Source of the DNA: Thermoplasmata archaeon
Lineage (GTDB): Archaea; Thermoplasmatota; Thermoplasmata; GCA-020350865
DNA length: 64,000 bases
Assembly (NCBI GenBank): GCA_020348445.1
Contig: CP070751.1
Coordinates: 64,001-128,000 of the forward strand
Reading direction: 5' to 3'
Position numbers and translations under genes: made by a program. Below the pieces are notes generated by a model. The model saw only the letters and a program-made list of their open reading frames with translations, was not told the DNA's origin and ran no database searches. The stretch's first letter is position 1. The number at the start of each line of letters is the position of its first letter. Below are positions 27,986 to 39,855 of this stretch, piece after piece.

Positions 27986-30900
27986 TTATTCAGCTTCCTC
28001 GCCAACATCTTCTTCTCCAGACATAGGCTCAGTAATATCCTCCTCCAACTCTTCCCTTGCTTCCTCTTTTTCCATGGTTTTCAATTCCATTAAATAATCG
28101 TCTATCCTCTTATCCAGAATCAGAAAATGGTTTTCTTCGATTTTACCTTCCTTGACCTCGGCTTTAATGTCTTCCCTGAGAGCGATCAACTCCTGCTCAC
28201 ATTCCCGATGGTCCTTTTTATATTTATTGAATGTATCATCTATTCTTTCTATATACTGCCTAAGTTTACTGCGCTTCTTTCTTACGGTGAGAAATCCAAC
28301 AAGGAATACAATAATTGAAGCTAGAACCGTTGCACCTGTGATTATCGGCTCCCAGGTTTCCCAAAAGGATTCCTTTTCCTCCCCTTCAGCTTCTCTTGTG
28401 GTGATAAACTCCCATTGGTAGTCTTCTTTAAGGGTATTACCACTTAAACTTATTGCACTTTTAGAAATGGTAATATTATATTTCTCTCCGAGAGCAAGGG
28501 GTTCAGTGGGTGTAAATGTTAAAGTTGCTCCCTTCAAATCAAATGCGCCATCCACATTTGGAGTTATCGAAAATGCAGCTTTCGTGGGTACCTCATCCAT
28601 TGCCTCACTAAATACAATTACTATTGGTTGGTCTACTGGGACCTCACTACCTGTTGGTGATTTGGTCTCTATTTTCAAGAACCCAGTAATTGTGATATCG
28701 ATGTCAGTATTAGAATCTGGTTCATCCGTGACTTGGCCACCTGTGCCAAAGTATGCAATATTGGCAGGTGATGCTTTATCGATGGCTTTAATATAATATT
28801 CAAGCCCATCAGAAGTGACCACGGCAGGATTTATTTCTAAATAGTATGTATTTCCATTTACATTCATTATTTCTGAAGCGTACGATGTCTCAATGGGTTT
28901 TTTATAATACAGCATTATATTATCGATTCCACTTCCATCATCGACAACAACAGCCGTAATATTTATGGAAACACCGTCTGTTCCACTGGTAACTGGTGTA
29001 TGTGTAATTGTGGGTGTATTCGTGTCGATATAAATATCTACATAACAATCAATATAATTTCCAACTATATCAAACGCTCTTACTGTAATGTTATGGATCC
29101 CATCGATCTGCGGTGGGATTTTATAAGGACTTGTTTGTTGTGAGAAACTTCCTGTATCTATTTTTACCTCGTAATGATCAACACTGCTGGTTGCATCTGT
29201 CGTTGAGAAGGTAATATTAAATTGGTTATTTGAAGTCCACAAATGGTATTTTGGAGTGATTAAAAAACCGGTTGGTGGAGTGGTATCCACTGTAAAATTG
29301 TTGGATTCGCTATATGGCCCCCAAACTCCGTCATTATCCCTAGTCCTCACTTTCCAGTACCATGAACCATCGGCTATCGCATTATAGCTAGTTCCCTCTG
29401 GAAATTGCCAGTATTGATTTGAGGTGCTTTGTTCACCGCTATCATATTCAACGTTATTGAAGCGGCTATCCTCATCAATTATAACCTGAAATCCATTTAA
29501 AGATCCATCTAAATCATCAGAGCTCCAACTAAACAAGGGTGTGCTATCATTTAATATTATATTATTCACAGGACTGCTTATCTGCGGTTGTGTTGGAATA
29601 TTATTATAAGAGATTGTCACATCCTGCAAAATAGGTGTTGTATTACCCAAGCTTGAGCTTAAATAGACCTTATATTGGATCCACCATTTATCAGAAGTAT
29701 GGCCGGACCAGATATTTGTACCTGAGGAAGTATAATAAGTTGAGGATGTTCCCTCAGGACCCACAAAATCCTTGCTTGACAAACCAGATTGGGTGTCTGC
29801 AGTTCTCAATTGAAATTTAATTGTATCATTTATTTTAGTCCAACTTATTGTGTACCAATTTACATCAGCACCGGCATTATATGGTTGTGATACAAGATCG
29901 CCTGACGTAAATTGATTATATAAAAAACTAATATTTTGAACACTTGGAGCTTTTTCATTATTTGATGTAAAATTCATTTGGTAGTAAAAACCAGGTCCCT
30001 GCCAACCCAAAGATGATAAATCAATAGAATTAAAACCATCAGACAAAGTATCCCAGCCATCCAATGTTCCACCTGAATTGTACCAATAAGTTGAATTTTG
30101 TGAAAATTGCACTTTGATTCCAGTTTCCGGAAATACTGAGGTATTGCAATCAAAAGTATTGATTGAATATACTACCTGACCTGCAAGCAGATCAACTGAG
30201 GTCATTACACCATATGTAAAATCTAGGTAACCAGTTTGATTGGTTTTAATCAGCCACACATCACCATCACCGCTACCATAAGAATAAGTACAACCTGTTA
30301 TTATGTAACCACCATCTGAAGTCTGCCGGGCTGAAAAACCGTAGTCACTGGATTTTCCGCCAAAGATTTTAGTCCACTCTTCATTACCTAAATAATTGGT
30401 TTTGATCAACCAAAGATTATTTGGACCAGAACCATAAGACCATGTTTCACCTACGATAATATATCCGTCATCCGAAGTCTGCTTGACTGAAGAACCGAAA
30501 TCCCATGCACTCCCGCCAAAAGTATTATTCCAATCCTCACTTCCAGACCCATCGGTTTTAATCAACCAGACATCATAAGTACCAGGCCCATAAGAGGTAC
30601 TATAACCGGTGATAATATAACCACCATCTGTGGTTTGATTGACTGATTTACCTTCATCAGAATCACTCCCGCCAAAAGTAATATTCCAATCCTCACTTCC
30701 AGATCCATCGGTTTTAATCAACCATGCATCAGAGCTTCCACCACCCCAAGATGACACATATCCTGTAATGATAAAGCCACCATCAGGTGTTTGCTCACAG
30801 CATTCACCCCCTTCATCTTCACTCCCACCAAAGGTTTTATCCCATTGTTTGTTTCCAAAAGAATCTGTTTTAATCAGCCAGACATCTTCTCCACCTGCGC

Positions 30901-31624
30901 CATAAGAGGATGTTTCCCCAGTGATGATATAGCCACCGTCAGAAGTCTGCTGGACTGACTCACCTAATTCTGATGAACTTCCACCATAAGTTCTATTCCA
31001 TTCCTCATTACCTGAAGAATCAGTTTTTATCAGCAAGACATCATACAAACCTGCACCATAAGATGTTGTATAACCAGCGATAATATAGCCACCGTCGGAA
31101 GTTTGCTGAACTGATGAACCGCCTTCATCATCCAATCCCCCAATTATCTTATTCCATTGTTCATCACCGTAAGAATCCGTTTTAATTAGCCATACATCTG
31201 TTGAAAGTCCACCATGAGTGTTTATACCTCCTGTTATTATATAGCCACCATCAGAAGTTTGTTCTATAGAAACACCCGCTTCGTGTAAAAATCCACCAAA
31301 CGTGTTATTGATTTTTACTAGCTTTGATTCACCTACAATCGTATCTACCTTTATGTGATTCTTATAGCTAATTTTGGATTCATCATAAAAATTATCTTCT
31401 ACATTTTTTGTTAGTAATGGAAGTTTCACCTCACCCGAAGGTGTAACCTCCACATCGGTCAATGTTCCACCATTAAAGTCTGCCTCAGTAGTCTGCACCC
31501 AGCTCGAACCTGCTGAGGCGTTTTCTACAAGCGGCCCATTAAAGTGCATTACTTGAACCAAAGACAATATCAATAATATCCCTAGACACAGTCGAAATAC
31601 TCGCCTTACCTTTCGCCCACGCAT
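27986..31624 (-). CDS. Array gene 4: 1212-aa surface protein; 7-blade head, minimal stalk, TM, conserved tail
   Basis: ORF track plus hand count of repeats. Confidence 0.92.
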   Translation of the reverse strand: MRGRKVRRVFRLCLGILLILSLVQVMHFNGPLVENASAGSSWVQTTEADFNGGTLTDVEVTPSGEVKLPLLTKNVEDNFYDESKISYKNHIKVDTIVGESKLVKINNTFGGFLHEAGVSIEQTSDGGYIITGGINTHGGLSTDVWLIKTDSYGDEQWNKIIGGLDDEGGSSVQQTSDGGYIIAGYTTSYGAGLYDVLLIKTDSSGNEEWNRTYGGSSSELGESVQQTSDGGYIITGETSSYGAGGEDVWLIKTDSFGNKQWDKTFGGSEDEGGECCEQTPDGGFIITGYVSSWGGGSSDAWLIKTDGSGSEDWNITFGGSDSDEGKSVNQTTDGGYIITGYSTSYGPGTYDVWLIKTDGSGSEDWNNTFGGSAWDFGSSVKQTSDDGYIIVGETWSYGSGPNNLWLIKTNYLGNEEWTKIFGGKSSDYGFSARQTSDGGYIITGCTYSYGSGDGDVWLIKTNQTGYLDFTYGVMTSVDLLAGQVVYSINTFDCNTSVFPETGIKVQFSQNSTYWYNSGGTLDGWDTLSDGFNSIDLSSLGWQGPGFYYQMNFTSNNEKAPSVQNISFLYNQFTSGDLVSQPYNAGADVNWYTISWTKINDTIKFQLRTADTQSGLSSKDFVGPEGTSSTYYTSSGTNIWSGHTSDKWWIQYKVYLSSSLGNTTPILQDVTISYNNIPTQPQISSPVNNIILNDSTPLFSWSSDDLDGSLNGFQVIIDEDSRFNNVEYDSGEQSTSNQYWQFPEGTSYNAIADGSWYWKVRTRDNDGVWGPYSESNNFTVDTTPPTGFLITPKYHLWTSNNQFNITFSTTDATSSVDHYEVKIDTGSFSQQTSPYKIPPQIDGIHNITVRAFDIVGNYIDCYVDIYIDTNTPTITHTPVTSGTDGVSINITAVVVDDGSGIDNIMLYYKKPIETSYASEIMNVNGNTYYLEINPAVVTSDGLEYYIKAIDKASPANIAYFGTGGQVTDEPDSNTDIDITITGFLKIETKSPTGSEVPVDQPIVIVFSEAMDEVPTKAAFSITPNVDGAFDLKGATLTFTPTEPLALGEKYNITISKSAISLSGNTLKEDYQWEFITTREAEGEEKESFWETWEPIITGATVLASIIVFLVGFLTVRKKRSKLRQYIERIDDTFNKYKKDHRECEQELIALREDIKAEVKEGKIEENHFLILDKRIDDYLMELKTMEKEEAREELEEDITEPMSGEEDVGEEAE
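30230..31309 (-). repeat. 7 x blade repeats (gene 4)
   Basis: Same consensus, counted by hand. Confidence 0.9.
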
Positions 31625-31662
31625 ATTGGTCCCCTCCGTGTCTGTATAAATTCTGAAATTAA

Positions 31663-31695
31663 GATATAATATGGATATTTAAATTTATCTTTTTT
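31663..31695 (-). promoter_or_regulatory. Array promoter copy 4
   Basis: Plus strand gatataatatggatatttaaatttatctttttt; TTTAAATA on the minus strand. Confidence 0.8.
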
Positions 31696-31758
31696 CTGAA
31701 ATAAATTGGGGATCTTTTATGGAATTCTTAATTGGAGAAATTATGAGCCTTTCTGTAA

Positions 31759-34700
31759 TTATTCTTCTCCTTGTTCCTCTCCCACATCTCCTGTTTCCCC
31801 ACCAACATCTTCTTCCTCAGAAATTGGCTCTGTAATGCCCTCTTCCGACACTTCCCCTGCCTCCCCTGCTTCTCCTATCGCCCCTTTTTCCATGACCGCC
31901 AATTTCATTATATAATCATCTATCTTTTTATCCAGAATCAGGAAATGGTTTTCCTCGATCTTGCCTCTATGAACGTCTTTTTTGATGCCTTCTCTAAGGG
32001 CAATTAGCTCCTGCTCGCATTCCTGAGGGTTCTTTTTGTATTCATTGTAGGTATCGTCTATCCTTTCCATGTACAGTTTGAGTTTACCGCGCTTTCTTTT
32101 TATGGACAAGAATCCAATCAAGAACACAAGAATAGATGCTAGGACCGTTGCCCCGGTGATTATGGGTTCCCAGGTCTCCCAAAAGGATTCTTTAGCCTGT
32201 GCCTCTTCAACTTCTTCTTCTGTTTTGAATGTTTGATTAAATTCTTTTTCAAGGTTATTGTTTGCCAAATCTTTCGCATTTGTAGAAATTATCACAGTAT
32301 ACTCGGTACCATAATCCAAAGGAAGATCAGGCTTGTATTGCACAGTCTCCCCTACCCATTTGAATTTACCCTGTACATGTGGAGTGATTGAAAAGGCACT
32401 TTCAGTAACATCCTCGATCATTTCTTCACTAAATGTAATTATAATAATCGAATCAATGGGTACATCAGATCCTTCTGGTAACATGGTTGAAACGTCAGGA
32501 GGTGTTGTATCCAATCCCTGGATTGCTATATCGATATCATCAAGAGTTGTTGGGGTATTCTGAACTCTTCCATTTTTACCAAAGTATGCGGTGTTTGATG
32601 GTAACGAATTATCTACTGCTTTAACATAATATTCAATGAAATCTGTATCAACTGTTGCAGCAGATATTTCGGCAGAATAGATATTTTCTTCAAGGGTCAT
32701 TTGAATTGATGAGTATACAACTTCATCTTGTTTTTTAAAGTATAGAGCCACACTTGCAACCCCACTATTTTCATCGGATACTGTTGCTGCAATAATTATT
32801 GACGTTCCTCTATAACCGATGATAACAGGTGTATGGGTAATCACAGGTGAAGTTGAGTCGATATATACAACAATATCCTCGTCTATGTAATTTCCAACAT
32901 TGTCGAATGCTCGAACAGTTATGTTATAGATGCCATCATCTTGGGGGGGTAATGTGTACGGACTTGTTTGGGTTGTAAAAGCCTCGTCATCAATACTGAT
33001 TTCATAATGATCGATATCACTTAAGCCATCAGTTGTTAAAAATGTAATCTGCGGTTGGGTATTGGAAGTCCAATCATCAGAACTAGCAGTGGGTGTAAAA
33101 CTCTCAGGACCAGTGGTATCGATATAGACGTAAACATATCCTTCAATGTAATTTCCGGCGTTATCAAATGTTCGGATAGTTATGTTATGGATGCCGTCAA
33201 CTTGGGAGGGTAATATATAGGGACTTGTTTGGGTCGAAAAAATCCCATCGTCTATCTTTACTTCGTAATGATCTATGCCACTGTCATCATCTGTTGTATA
33301 GAACGTTATTGTGGGTTGTGTGTTGTCAGTCCAGGTACTGGGATTTGCTACAGGCGTAAAGGTATTTGGTAGCGCAGCATCAATATATACATCCACAAAG
33401 CCCTCTATAAAATTCCCAGCCATATCGTAAGCTCTTACTGTTATGTTATGCATCCCATCTGACTGGGAAGGCAAAGTAAATGGGCTAGTTTGAGTGAAGA
33501 AACTTCCTTGGTCTATGCTGATATTGTAATAATCAATACCGCTGATATCGTCGGTGGTTGAAAATGAGATTACGGGCTGAGTGTTTGTGGTCCAATCATT
33601 TGGGTCTGCTGTTGGTGTGAATATATTTGGGGGAGTGGTATCAATGTACACATCCACATAACCCTCTATATAATTCCCAGCCATATCATAAGCCCTTACA
33701 GTTATGTTATGTGTCCCATCAGTTAGGGAAGGCAAGGTGAAGGGGCTAGTTTGTGTGGAGAAAACACCAAAATCTATGCTGATATTGTAATAGGCAATAT
33801 CACTAACATCATCTGTGGTTGAAAATGAGATTACAGGCTGAGTGTTTGCAGTCCAACCACTTGGATCTGCTGTTGGTATAAAAGCATTTGGTGGCGTGGT
33901 ATCAATGTACACATCCACATAGCCCTCTATATAATTCCCTACCATATCGTAAGCCCTTACAGTTATGTTATGTGTTCCATCAGTTAGGGAAGGCAATTGA
34001 TATGGGCTTGTTTGAGTGAAGAAATTTCCATGGTCTATGCTGATATTGTAATGGTCAATATCGCTAATATCATCTGTGGTTGAAAATGAAATTATAGGTT
34101 GAGTGTTTATGGTCCAATCACTTGGATCTGCGAAAGGAGTAAAAGCATTTGGAGGTGTGCCATCAATATATACATCCACATAACCTTCTACATAATTTCC
34201 AGCCATATCATAAGCCCTTACAGTTATGTTATGTATCCCATCTGTTTGAGAAGGCAATTGATATGGACTCATTTGAGAAGAGAAAACACCATAATCTATA
34301 CTTATATTGTAATAATCAATACCGCTCATATCATCTGTGGTTGAAAATGAAATTACTGGTTGAGCATTGTTAGTCCAATTACTTGGATCTGCTGTTGGTG
34401 TAAATTCATTTGGGGGCGTGGTATCGATGTACACATCAACAAAGCTGTCTATGTAATTCCCAACAACATCATAAGCCCTTACAGTTATATTATGTATTCC
34501 ATCTATTTGGGAGGGCAATTGATATGGACTCGTTCTTATTGAAAAAGGTTCACTATCAACTTTTACTTCAAAATGATCCATACCGCTATTATCATCTGTT
34601 GTATCGAATGTAATGATGGGTTGGTTATCGTTAGTCCATGTGCCAGGATTCGCCGTTGGTGTAAAGCTATTTGGAGGTGTTGTATCAATAAACACTTCCA

Positions 34701-37700
34701 CTGTTCCGTCCCTGAAATTCCCTGCAGAATCGTAGGCTCTGACTGTAATATTATGCACACCATCATCCTGTGAAGGAATAACATAAGGGCTAGATTGATT
34801 TGAAAAGCTATCACCATCAATACTTATCTCATAATGATCTATACCGCTCAAATCATCAGTGGTTGAGAAATTAATTTCCGGCGTTGTGATGTTGGTCCAA
34901 GTATTGGGGTCTGCTATTGGTGTAAAACTGTTAGGAGGTGTGATATCAATATAAACGTCAACATATCCATCTACAAAATTCCCGGCTGCATCGTAGGCTC
35001 TTACTGTAATGTTATGAATGCCATCAATTTGTGGAGGTAAGGTATAGGGGCTATCTTGCGTAGAAAATGGACCGCTGTTGATGGATACCTCATAATGGTC
35101 TATACCACTTGTATCATCTGTAGTTATGAATGTAATTATGGGTCGTGTATTATTGGTCCAATTTGCAGGATCTGCAATGGGTGTAAATGAATTTGGAGGC
35201 GTTGTATCCACTGTAAAGTTCCAGGCAATGCTGTACTGTGACCAGTCACCATCACTATCATTGGTACGCACTTTCCAGTACCAGGTACCGTCGGCAATTG
35301 TCGTGTATCCTGTGCCTGACGGGAATGGCCAAGTTGGGTTTGCAGAGCTCTGCTGCCCGCTGTCGTAGTCTATGCTGCCAAATCCGATATCATCATCTAT
35401 TACAACCTGGAAATCGGCCTGGGTGCTGTCTGAATCCATGAACATCCAATTGAAACTCAGTGTGTTAATTGTGGTTACAAGATCATTTGTAGGATCAATT
35501 AAACTGGGCGGGCCGGGAATCAAATTATATTGTATGGTCACATTATGCAAAATCGGTAAAAAGTCTGTGTCGCTTGTGCTTAAATAAGCCTTATATTGGA
35601 ACCATTGCTCTCCGTTGTGCCCCGTCCAGATATTTGTTCCTGATAATGTATAAAAGCTTAAGGAGGTCCCATCAGGCCCTACAAAGTTCTTGGTAGATAA
35701 GCCGCCTTGCGTTGCCGCGGACCTTAATTGAAATTTAATTTTCGTATTTACTGGGGTTGTCGCAATCCAGTTAATTGTCCGCCATGATGCTTCACCACCA
35801 GAATCGTACGGCTCTGATTCCAATGTACCTGATGAGAAGTTTTGTTGGTATGAGAGATTTATATTCCTGAGAACTGCTGTATCTATTCCATCAGAGGAAA
35901 AATTGACACGATAGTAAAAATTAGAACCGGACCAACCTAATGAGGTGAGATCAATGATATTAGTACCTCCTGACAAAGTATCCCACATGTTTATAGAACC
36001 TGTTGAATTGCACCAATTAATACTATCTTGTGAAAATTGCATCTTAATATCAGTTCCAGAGGGCTTAACAGCTTTGTATGTAAAATTATTGATTGATAAT
36101 GCTTTATTCCCCATAAGTAGGTTATTGGATATTATCTCACCCCATGATGAATCAATTTTAACTAGCCAGACATCATGACTACCAGCACCATAAGAACCTG
36201 TTTCACCAGTGAATATATACCCATTGTCAGTGGTTTGCTGGACTGAATAACACATTTCATGTTTACTTCCCCCGAAAAATTTAAACCATCTCTCATTACC
36301 CAAAGAATCGGTTTTAATAAGCCATGCATTAGAATAAGGTGTACCGATACCATATGAGGATGTACTACCAGCGATAATATATCCACCATCTGAGGTCAGC
36401 TGGACTGAGTGACAATAATCATTAGCACTCCCGCCAAAGGACTTGTTCCATAGTTCTTTACCCAATGAATCAACCCGAACTAGCCAACCATTAAAATAAT
36501 TTGGAGTACCGATACCATAAGATGTAGTGGTACCAGCGATAATGTAGCCGCCATCTGAGGTCTGCTGAATGGATTCACCCCGTTCACCCGCACTTCCACC
36601 TAAGGTTTCGTTCCATTCCTCTTTACCTGACGAATCTGTCTTGATTAGCCAAACATCAGGCCAGCCTGGACTAAAAGAGTCTGTCTCCCCAGCAATAATA
36701 TAACCGCCGTCAGTGGTCTGTAAGACCGAATAACCACGATCAGTCATACTGCCTCCAAAAGTTCTATTCCATTGCTCATTTCCTGACGAATCTGTTTTAA
36801 TAAGCCAAAGATTCTCCCAAGGTGGACCAAAAAATGTTCTAACGCCAGCAATAATATAACCGCCATCGGACGTTTGCTTGACTTCAAATCCTTGATCATC
36901 TCTGGTTCCTCCGAAAGTTTTATACCATTGTTCATTTCCTGATGAATCGGTTTTAATCAAATAGACATCCCATCTGCCAGCACCGTAAGAATCTGTATAA
37001 CCAACGATAATGTAACCCCCGTCAGAGGTCTGATGGACATCGAATCCTTCGTCTTCACCATTTTCTCCGAAAGTTTTATGCCATTGTTCATTACCTAACG
37101 AATCTGTCTTGACTAAAAAGACATCATTGGATACACCACGGTAAGAGCCAGTAACAATATATCCACCATCTGAAGTTTGATCCACTGCTTTACCATAATC
37201 ATAACCGCTTTCACCAAAAGGTTTACTCCAGCTCTCAACACTTCCCGAATCAACCTTTATGAGCAACACATCGTAATCACCGGCACCATACGAGTTTGTA
37301 TAACCAGTAATGATAAAACAATTATCAGAGGTTTGTTGAACTGATTGACCAAAATCACTCATAGCACCACCAAAAGTCTTATCCCAAATCTTAGCACCTG
37401 AAGAATTGGTTTTAATCAACCAGACATCAAAATCGCCAGCACCATAAGATAATGTATAACCAGCGATGATATAATCACCATCGATAGTTTGTTGAACTGA
37501 AAAACCTGCATCGCTTGAGCTGCCGCCGAAAGTCTGATTCCATTGCTCATTACCTGATGAATCGGTTTTAACAAGCCAGACATCCCAACTACCAGCACCG
37601 TAAGAGTTTGTAAGACCTGTCATAATATAGCCATCATCGGAAGTCTGCATAACTGATTTACCATATTCTGTACCAGTTCCACCGAAGGTTCTATTCCATT

Positions 37701-39720
37701 GCTCAATACATAATGAATCTGTCTTGATTAGCCAGAAATCAAAGCTACCACCCTTAACAGTTTCCCCCGCAATAATATAACCACCATCAGAAGTCTGCTG
37801 GACAGAATAGCCTGCATCACTTGAAATCCCGCCGAAGGTCTTGTTCCATTGCTCATTACCCGATGAGTCTGTCTTGATAAGCCATACATCATAGCCACCA
37901 GCACCGTAAGATGAAGTTTCGCCTCCAATTATATAACCACCGTCAGAGGTTTGCTGAATTGATCTGCCAAAATCCCAATTACTCCCTCCAAAGGTTTTGT
38001 TCCATGCCTCATTACCTGACGAATCTGTCTTGATAAGCCAGGCATCACGATTACCAGCGCCATAAGATTCTGTATACCCAGCGATGATGTAGCCACCATC
38101 AAATGTTTCCTGGGTTGAGTGGCCCTGATCGGCATTCACTCCACCGAAGGTTTTGTTCCATTGCTCGTTGCCTGAAGAATCGGTCTTAATCAGCCAGACA
38201 TCATAATCACCGGCACCATAAGACCGGGTAGAACCAATGACAATAAGGCCATTATCGGAAGTCTCCTTAACTGAAAAGCCTTGATCGCTAAGACTCCCAC
38301 CGAAGGTTTTATTCCATGTCTCAGTCTCTGGCGGATCAATCTTTATCAACCAAACATCTTTGCTGCCAGCACCATAAGAATAGGTATACCCTGCAATGGT
38401 ATATCCACCATCTGAGGTCTGCTGGACGGAAAAACCTTCATCACCTGAACTCCCTCCAAAAAACTTAAACCAATTCTCATTACCGGACGAGTCGGTCTTA
38501 ATTAGCCAGACATCATAATTTCCAGCACCATAAGATTGAGTATAGCCAACGATAATATACCCACCGTCCGAGGTCTGCTGGATGAAATTACCACCATCAG
38601 ATGAACTCCCACCGAACGTCTTATTCCAACTTTCAACACCTGACGAATTGGTTTTGATAAGCAAGGCATCTCTGAAGCTGTCCCCAGAAGAAAAAATTAC
38701 TCCAGCGATAACATACCCACCATCCGAGGTCTGCTTGACAGAACGACCATGATCACCCGAACCCCCGCCAAAGGTTTTGTTCCAACTTTCGGAACCAAAC
38801 GAATCGGTCTTGATTAACCAGATATCATAATCGCCAGCGCCATAAGATTCAGTATCTCCAGTGATAATATACCCACCGTCCGAGGTCTGCTGGACAGAAC
38901 GACCATGATCACGTGAAGTCCCGCCAAAGGTTTTGTTCCAACTTTCTGCACCAGACGAGTCGGTCTTGATTAACCAGACATCAACTGAACCGGTGCCATA
39001 AGAAGAAGTTTGTCCAACGATAATATACCCACCGTCCGAGGTCTGCTGGACAGAATAACCATAATCGCCTGAACTCCCGCCGAAGGTTTTGTTCCAACTT
39101 TCTGCACCTGACGAGTCGGTCTTAATAAGCCAGGCATCATAACTGCCAGCGCCATAAGAAGAGGTTTGTCCAACGATAATATATCCACTATCCGGGGTCT
39201 GCTGGACAGAATGACCAAAATCACCCGAACTCCCACCGAAGGTTTTGTTCCAACTTTCAGCACCTGAAGAGTCGGTCTTGATTAACCAGACATCATAACT
39301 GCCAGCGCCATAAGAATCGGTGTCTCCAGCGATAATATAACCGCCATCAGATGTCTGCTTGGCTGACTGGCTTCCATCATCTGAGCTCCCCCCAAATGTC
39401 TTATTTATCTTATTAAGTTTCACCTCACCCCCTGCAGTGTCCACAATAACATTCCGTTTATAATCGATCTTTGACTCGTCAAGAAAATCGTCTTCGATAT
39501 ATTTTGTCTGTAGAGCAAGGGTAACATTACCATCAGGTGTTACTATCACATTTGTTAGTGTTCCATTATTAAAATCTTGCTCTGTGGTCTGCATCCAGCT
39601 AGAACCTGCAGAAGCGTTCTCCATCAAAGGTTCTTTAAAAGGTATTGACTGAATGATAAACAGTATCAGCAATATCCCTATGTACCATCGAAATACTCGC
39701 TTTGCCTTTCGCCCACACAT
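31759..39720 (-). CDS. Array gene 5: 2653-aa surface protein; 21-blade head, 9 short Ig-like repeats, TM, conserved tail
   Basis: ORF track plus hand count of repeats. Confidence 0.92.
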   Translation of the reverse strand: MCGRKAKRVFRWYIGILLILFIIQSIPFKEPLMENASAGSSWMQTTEQDFNNGTLTNVIVTPDGNVTLALQTKYIEDDFLDESKIDYKRNVIVDTAGGEVKLNKINKTFGGSSDDGSQSAKQTSDGGYIIAGDTDSYGAGSYDVWLIKTDSSGAESWNKTFGGSSGDFGHSVQQTPDSGYIIVGQTSSYGAGSYDAWLIKTDSSGAESWNKTFGGSSGDYGYSVQQTSDGGYIIVGQTSSYGTGSVDVWLIKTDSSGAESWNKTFGGTSRDHGRSVQQTSDGGYIITGDTESYGAGDYDIWLIKTDSFGSESWNKTFGGGSGDHGRSVKQTSDGGYVIAGVIFSSGDSFRDALLIKTNSSGVESWNKTFGGSSSDGGNFIQQTSDGGYIIVGYTQSYGAGNYDVWLIKTDSSGNENWFKFFGGSSGDEGFSVQQTSDGGYTIAGYTYSYGAGSKDVWLIKIDPPETETWNKTFGGSLSDQGFSVKETSDNGLIVIGSTRSYGAGDYDVWLIKTDSSGNEQWNKTFGGVNADQGHSTQETFDGGYIIAGYTESYGAGNRDAWLIKTDSSGNEAWNKTFGGSNWDFGRSIQQTSDGGYIIGGETSSYGAGGYDVWLIKTDSSGNEQWNKTFGGISSDAGYSVQQTSDGGYIIAGETVKGGSFDFWLIKTDSLCIEQWNRTFGGTGTEYGKSVMQTSDDGYIMTGLTNSYGAGSWDVWLVKTDSSGNEQWNQTFGGSSSDAGFSVQQTIDGDYIIAGYTLSYGAGDFDVWLIKTNSSGAKIWDKTFGGAMSDFGQSVQQTSDNCFIITGYTNSYGAGDYDVLLIKVDSGSVESWSKPFGESGYDYGKAVDQTSDGGYIVTGSYRGVSNDVFLVKTDSLGNEQWHKTFGENGEDEGFDVHQTSDGGYIIVGYTDSYGAGRWDVYLIKTDSSGNEQWYKTFGGTRDDQGFEVKQTSDGGYIIAGVRTFFGPPWENLWLIKTDSSGNEQWNRTFGGSMTDRGYSVLQTTDGGYIIAGETDSFSPGWPDVWLIKTDSSGKEEWNETLGGSAGERGESIQQTSDGGYIIAGTTTSYGIGTPNYFNGWLVRVDSLGKELWNKSFGGSANDYCHSVQLTSDGGYIIAGSTSSYGIGTPYSNAWLIKTDSLGNERWFKFFGGSKHEMCYSVQQTTDNGYIFTGETGSYGAGSHDVWLVKIDSSWGEIISNNLLMGNKALSINNFTYKAVKPSGTDIKMQFSQDSINWCNSTGSINMWDTLSGGTNIIDLTSLGWSGSNFYYRVNFSSDGIDTAVLRNINLSYQQNFSSGTLESEPYDSGGEASWRTINWIATTPVNTKIKFQLRSAATQGGLSTKNFVGPDGTSLSFYTLSGTNIWTGHNGEQWFQYKAYLSTSDTDFLPILHNVTIQYNLIPGPPSLIDPTNDLVTTINTLSFNWMFMDSDSTQADFQVVIDDDIGFGSIDYDSGQQSSANPTWPFPSGTGYTTIADGTWYWKVRTNDSDGDWSQYSIAWNFTVDTTPPNSFTPIADPANWTNNTRPIITFITTDDTSGIDHYEVSINSGPFSTQDSPYTLPPQIDGIHNITVRAYDAAGNFVDGYVDVYIDITPPNSFTPIADPNTWTNITTPEINFSTTDDLSGIDHYEISIDGDSFSNQSSPYVIPSQDDGVHNITVRAYDSAGNFRDGTVEVFIDTTPPNSFTPTANPGTWTNDNQPIITFDTTDDNSGMDHFEVKVDSEPFSIRTSPYQLPSQIDGIHNITVRAYDVVGNYIDSFVDVYIDTTPPNEFTPTADPSNWTNNAQPVISFSTTDDMSGIDYYNISIDYGVFSSQMSPYQLPSQTDGIHNITVRAYDMAGNYVEGYVDVYIDGTPPNAFTPFADPSDWTINTQPIISFSTTDDISDIDHYNISIDHGNFFTQTSPYQLPSLTDGTHNITVRAYDMVGNYIEGYVDVYIDTTPPNAFIPTADPSGWTANTQPVISFSTTDDVSDIAYYNISIDFGVFSTQTSPFTLPSLTDGTHNITVRAYDMAGNYIEGYVDVYIDTTPPNIFTPTADPNDWTTNTQPVISFSTTDDISGIDYYNISIDQGSFFTQTSPFTLPSQSDGMHNITVRAYDMAGNFIEGFVDVYIDAALPNTFTPVANPSTWTDNTQPTITFYTTDDDSGIDHYEVKIDDGIFSTQTSPYILPSQVDGIHNITIRTFDNAGNYIEGYVYVYIDTTGPESFTPTASSDDWTSNTQPQITFLTTDGLSDIDHYEISIDDEAFTTQTSPYTLPPQDDGIYNITVRAFDNVGNYIDEDIVVYIDSTSPVITHTPVIIGYRGTSIIIAATVSDENSGVASVALYFKKQDEVVYSSIQMTLEENIYSAEISAATVDTDFIEYYVKAVDNSLPSNTAYFGKNGRVQNTPTTLDDIDIAIQGLDTTPPDVSTMLPEGSDVPIDSIIIITFSEEMIEDVTESAFSITPHVQGKFKWVGETVQYKPDLPLDYGTEYTVIISTNAKDLANNNLEKEFNQTFKTEEEVEEAQAKESFWETWEPIITGATVLASILVFLIGFLSIKRKRGKLKLYMERIDDTYNEYKKNPQECEQELIALREGIKKDVHRGKIEENHFLILDKKIDDYIMKLAVMEKGAIGEAGEAGEVSEEGITEPISEEEDVGGETGDVGEEQGEE
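32860..35208 (-). repeat. 9 x 87-aa Ig-like stalk repeats (gene 5)
   Basis: Unit DTTPPNxFTPxADPxxWTxNxQPxIxFSTTD...HNITVRAYD; 2349 nt = 9 x 261. Confidence 0.9.
36144..39405 (-). repeat. 21 x blade repeats (gene 5)
   Basis: Same consensus; 156-bp DNA periodicity is visible at 38773, 38929, 39085 and 39241. Confidence 0.9.
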
Positions 39721-39758
39721 ATTAGTCCCCTCCGTGACTGTATAAATCTTGTAATTAA

Positions 39759-39788
39759 GATATAATATGGCTATTTAAATTTATCTTT
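39759..39788 (-). promoter_or_regulatory. Array promoter copy 5
   Basis: Plus strand gatataatatggctatttaaatttatcttt. Confidence 0.8.
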
Positions 39789-39855
39789 ATTTTTGAAATA
39801 TCTAGAGAGGATTTTAGGGAAGGCTTAATTAATGAAATTACGAGCCTCACTGCAT

